The notes under the pieces were generated by a model. It saw nothing but the letters and a program-made list of their open reading frames with translations, was not told the origin of the DNA and did not search any database. Positions 61,456 to 64,000 of a DNA stretch of 64,000 nt are shown in pieces; position 1 is the first letter of the stretch; every line of letters starts with the position of its first letter. The DNA comes from Gammaproteobacteria bacterium. Its GTDB lineage: Bacteria > Pseudomonadota > Gammaproteobacteria > Eutrophobiales > Eutrophobiaceae. The position numbers and the translations under genes were made by a program. The stretch spans positions 1,632,001 through 1,696,000 of the forward strand of contig CBDCDS010000003.1 of the NCBI GenBank assembly GCA_965215365.1, written 5' to 3'.

Positions 61456-61627
61456 GTTCTACGGCCACCCTGGGCTCTACCTCACTTCCCAAGACACAGT
61501 ATAGAACAATTCATACCAGGAGATCAACCATGATGTTCAGGTTCAATGCCTATGAGACTGTGCTGTGTGAGTGGTTGATTATGCTCCGTCTGCAAATGAA
61601 CAAGCACCGCCTTCCGGCGCTCAGAGG

Positions 61628-61790
61628 TTAACCCGCATATCTCACCAAGTGATGCGAAGATCGCACCGGATTTTTTACGCCTGCGGGTGCCTGCGAACGA
61701 AAGCATAGCGGTAGCTGAGGTTACCATAACTTATTGAGAGAAATCATGTTTCACAAGGCAACAAGCGACTTGGTGATATCTGCGGGTTAA
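61628..61790. repeat. MITE family B copy inside the IS481 derivative
   Basis: TTAACCCGCATATCTCACC...GGTGATATCTGCGGGTTAA; overlaps the ATPase stop. Confidence 0.85.
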
Positions 61791-63048
61791 GGCCGCGGTG
61801 GCGGTTCTGGAAAATCCATCGCCTCCTCAGCGACCGCCTCGCGCACATGACTCATCAGCGACGGAATACCCGGCTCGATCTCCCGACCGCCGTCAGGCGC
61901 CCAGGTGTAGCCTAAGTCGGCGAGTTGGCCGAGCACCGCCATGGCGGCCTCGGCGTCTGACCCGAGCCCCTCGCCCAACGCCGCCTTGAGCGTCGCCCTG
62001 GCCACCTGCTCGGACTTCTCGAAACATCCGGCGACGAGCGACGCGGTCTCGAGCAAGCCACGATCTTCGAGCTCCAGATATCGCCTCCCATAATAACGCA
62101 GGCGCCGTGCCGCGACCTGTGGGGCAGCCTGCTCGACGAGACCCAAGGTCACTGTGTGGCCCCCCCTTGCTCGACCAAGGCGCCACACAACGCCCGCCCC
62201 CAAAGCTGAATGAAATACGGATAACACTGTGAGTCATCCACCACCGCCGCCAAGGCGTCCGGCTCGAAAGCCACCGACCATTGGGCCAGCGGAGTCGTTA
62301 AAGCCTCGGCCGTGGCCTTAGCGCTCAGCCGGCCGATCGGCAGGATCTCAGAGCGATCCCAGAAGGTGGCGCTCATCTTACCCAGATGCGCTTCAAGATT
62401 AGGCGTGCCGGCCAAGATGAGGACGAACGGGACATCGGCCGTGCGCAGCTGCTGGCTGAGGTTCAGCAGCCGGCGCCCGGTCTCGATATCGAGCGTATGG
62501 GCTTCGTCCACGGTGACCAACAGCGGTTGTGCGCGACAACGCGCAGTCAGCTTGGCCTCACCATACACCCTGAGCTCATCGTCTGAGACAACGCTGAGCT
62601 CAGCACTGAGCTCCGCGCTGAGATCGCCCGCTCCCACGCGTAAGCTCGCCGCCGAGGCCTTCTGTGTGCGCGGTGCGCGCCGCCTCAACAAGCGCCCGAG
62701 CCAGAGCCCGCCCGACGCCAGTGTCGACGGCGGACGCTGCAATAAGTTTCTGATTAGCTGCAGCGGGGAATCGATCTCATCAGGAGTCAGCGTGACCACG
62801 TCAATCTGACGCTCAGCGGCGCGGCGACTGAGATCAGTGAGCAACACCGTCTTGCCGTTACCGCGCGGCCCGAAGAGCACCAAGTCCCCTGCCGGGCCGC
62901 ATCCCTTGCGCAAGTCGATCAACAGCTGGCGCTCAAAGACCTTCGTCTCATCACCGCGCCCGGCGAGCTTGGGCGGGGCCACGCCGGTGCCGGGCTTGAA
63001 CAGGCCCAACAGCGCCTCGGTGTAGCGTTCGTCACTGAAATCATGCGG
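61787..63048 (-). pseudogene. AAA ATPase copy, 5'-truncated and frameshifted
   Basis: Identity to copy 1 begins at CCGCATGATTTCAG, so the start codon is lost. G7CC replaces G9C at about 62158-62166, splitting it into ORFs 62149..63063 and 61787..62227. Confidence 0.88.
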
Positions 63049-63053
63049 ACACC

Positions 63054-63245
63054 ATGAAATCAAACGACACGCACCTGGAGCAGGCCATCGAGAGGCTGAA
63101 GTCTCAGATGGAAACGCAGCAACGGTACATAGATGATTTAGAACTGCGACTGACTAACCTGACCGTTGACCTCTATGGGCATCTGGCCAAATGGAAAACT
63201 GGCCAGCGAAACAAAGATGTAGGCCGACGGCAGGACTCTCGATGA
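63054..63245 (+). CDS. Small coiled-coil hypothetical protein, separated from its RBS by the element
   Basis: Reconstructed empty site CAGGAGATCAA-CCATGA-AATCAAAC places AGGAG in front of MKSNDTHLEQAIERLKSQMETQQRYIDDLELRL. Confidence 0.6.
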   Translation: MKSNDTHLEQAIERLKSQMETQQRYIDDLELRLTNLTVDLYGHLAKWKTGQRNKDVGRRQDSR

Positions 63246-63451
63246 ACATATCACTGATTTTTTGAACGAGCGTCGATGACGACTAAAACAGAACTCGATG
63301 TCAGCGTCGAGCAAGAGGATGTCATCCTCACACTCCGGGTGCGCTGGCCGGCCGCCTCGTTCCTGGCTATCGCACGTCAGGTGCACGAGGTACTGCACCC
63401 GGTGCGCACCATCCGGCCAGAGCGCCCGCCCATTGAGCATCAGGACAGCGA

Positions 63452-63911
63452 TTAGTCAATCGCCCGTTGCAGGTGCCGTCGGATAATGTCTCCGATCTCG
63501 TTTCGAGCGTTGACCCGACCGACCACGTGCCGTCCGGGCAACCACCGAAAAACTGCCGAACTCGCCGCGCCTTGCACCCTCCTGGTGAGTGGACGCATAC
63601 GGCACATCAGTCCCCACCACCACACTGCGACGGTCATAAGCCGTAGTGATACTGCGCTTTAGCCGGCCAGATAAAACCAACGGGTTGTTGGCCGGCTTGC
63701 TCCGCTTGAGCCGCCGAGCCTGTGTGGCCTTCGATAACGCAGCCCACGCGCTGCCATCCGGCGCCCGCTTGGTGTTAAACCTGTTTTCCGTCGATGTCGC
63801 CAGAAGACCAGCCACCTCCTGCATCGCCGGCGACATATCATCCGCAGCATCACGCAACTGCCGCAACGCCCGCCTCACGTCACTATCACTGAGAGATATT
63901 CGTATGTTCAT
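63452..63911 (-). pseudogene. Mu-like virion morphogenesis protein (gpG-like), apparently frameshifted
   Basis: RFNTKRAPDGSAWAALS, LVLSGRLKRSI and VGTDVPYASTHQEG. The expected tail (EIGDIIRRHL) is in another frame. Confidence 0.82.
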
Positions 63912-64000
63912 GGCTCTCTAATATTTGTCCCGTATTCCCCCGCAATATCCCGCATTTTTCCGTCAACACTTTGTTGATTTTCCCCCGCTTCAAAAACCCC

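Larger units (their letters stand above)
61534..63051 (-). mobile_element. Non-autonomous IS481 derivative carrying an AAA ATPase (copy 2)
   Basis: TIR TGTTCAGGTTCAATGCCTATGAGAC at 61534; other end CGGACA at 63051; perfect 6-bp target duplication CCATGA (61528-61533 and 63052-63057). ATPase nearly identical to copy 1. Confidence 0.85.

Noticed and set aside
40968-63051. The two inverted ATPase elements as ends of one 22-kb composite transposon or a recent inversion
   Set aside because: Each copy has its own matching flanking duplication (AAAGCC/AAAGTC and CCATGA/CCATGA), which indicates independent insertions with no exchange of flanks.

Overview
A GC-rich gammaproteobacterial chromosome segment. 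The housekeeping backbone is petBA, bamD, nadE, sucCD, suhB, trmJ, an RND efflux operon, a two-subunit NAD-linked formate dehydrogenase, a DAACS symporter, fabI, oppABC, yejABEF, a CPA2 antiporter, a nitroreductase, a MATE pump, moaB, an L,D-transpeptidase and an Lpp/OprI-like lipoprotein. Mobile and accessory DNA is dense: an intact IS481-family element, an intact IS1380-family element, three families of short palindromic/MITE-like repeats, and collapsed relics of a vapBC locus, a type III-like R-M locus and a Mu-like prophage. Four observations stand out. (1) Two copies of a non-autonomous IS481 derivative (TGT...ACA ends, 6-bp target duplications) carry an AAA_16-like ATPase in place of the transposase core; two more homologues of this ATPase are in the window. 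(2) Two secreted-protein genes with dissimilar mature regions share a promoter and a poly-C tract inside the signal-peptide coding region, and both are currently out of frame, suggesting slippage-controlled phase variation. (3) A 4151-aa surface protein carries two GH123-like catalytic modules among Calx-beta, FN3, Ig and discoidin domains. (4) A perfect CRP-type box lies at -61.5 of a coiled-coil-repeat gene that heads the efflux operon. The domain content suggests a host-associated, possibly sponge-symbiotic, organism (inference only). Family assignments come from recognised motifs; no database searches were run.
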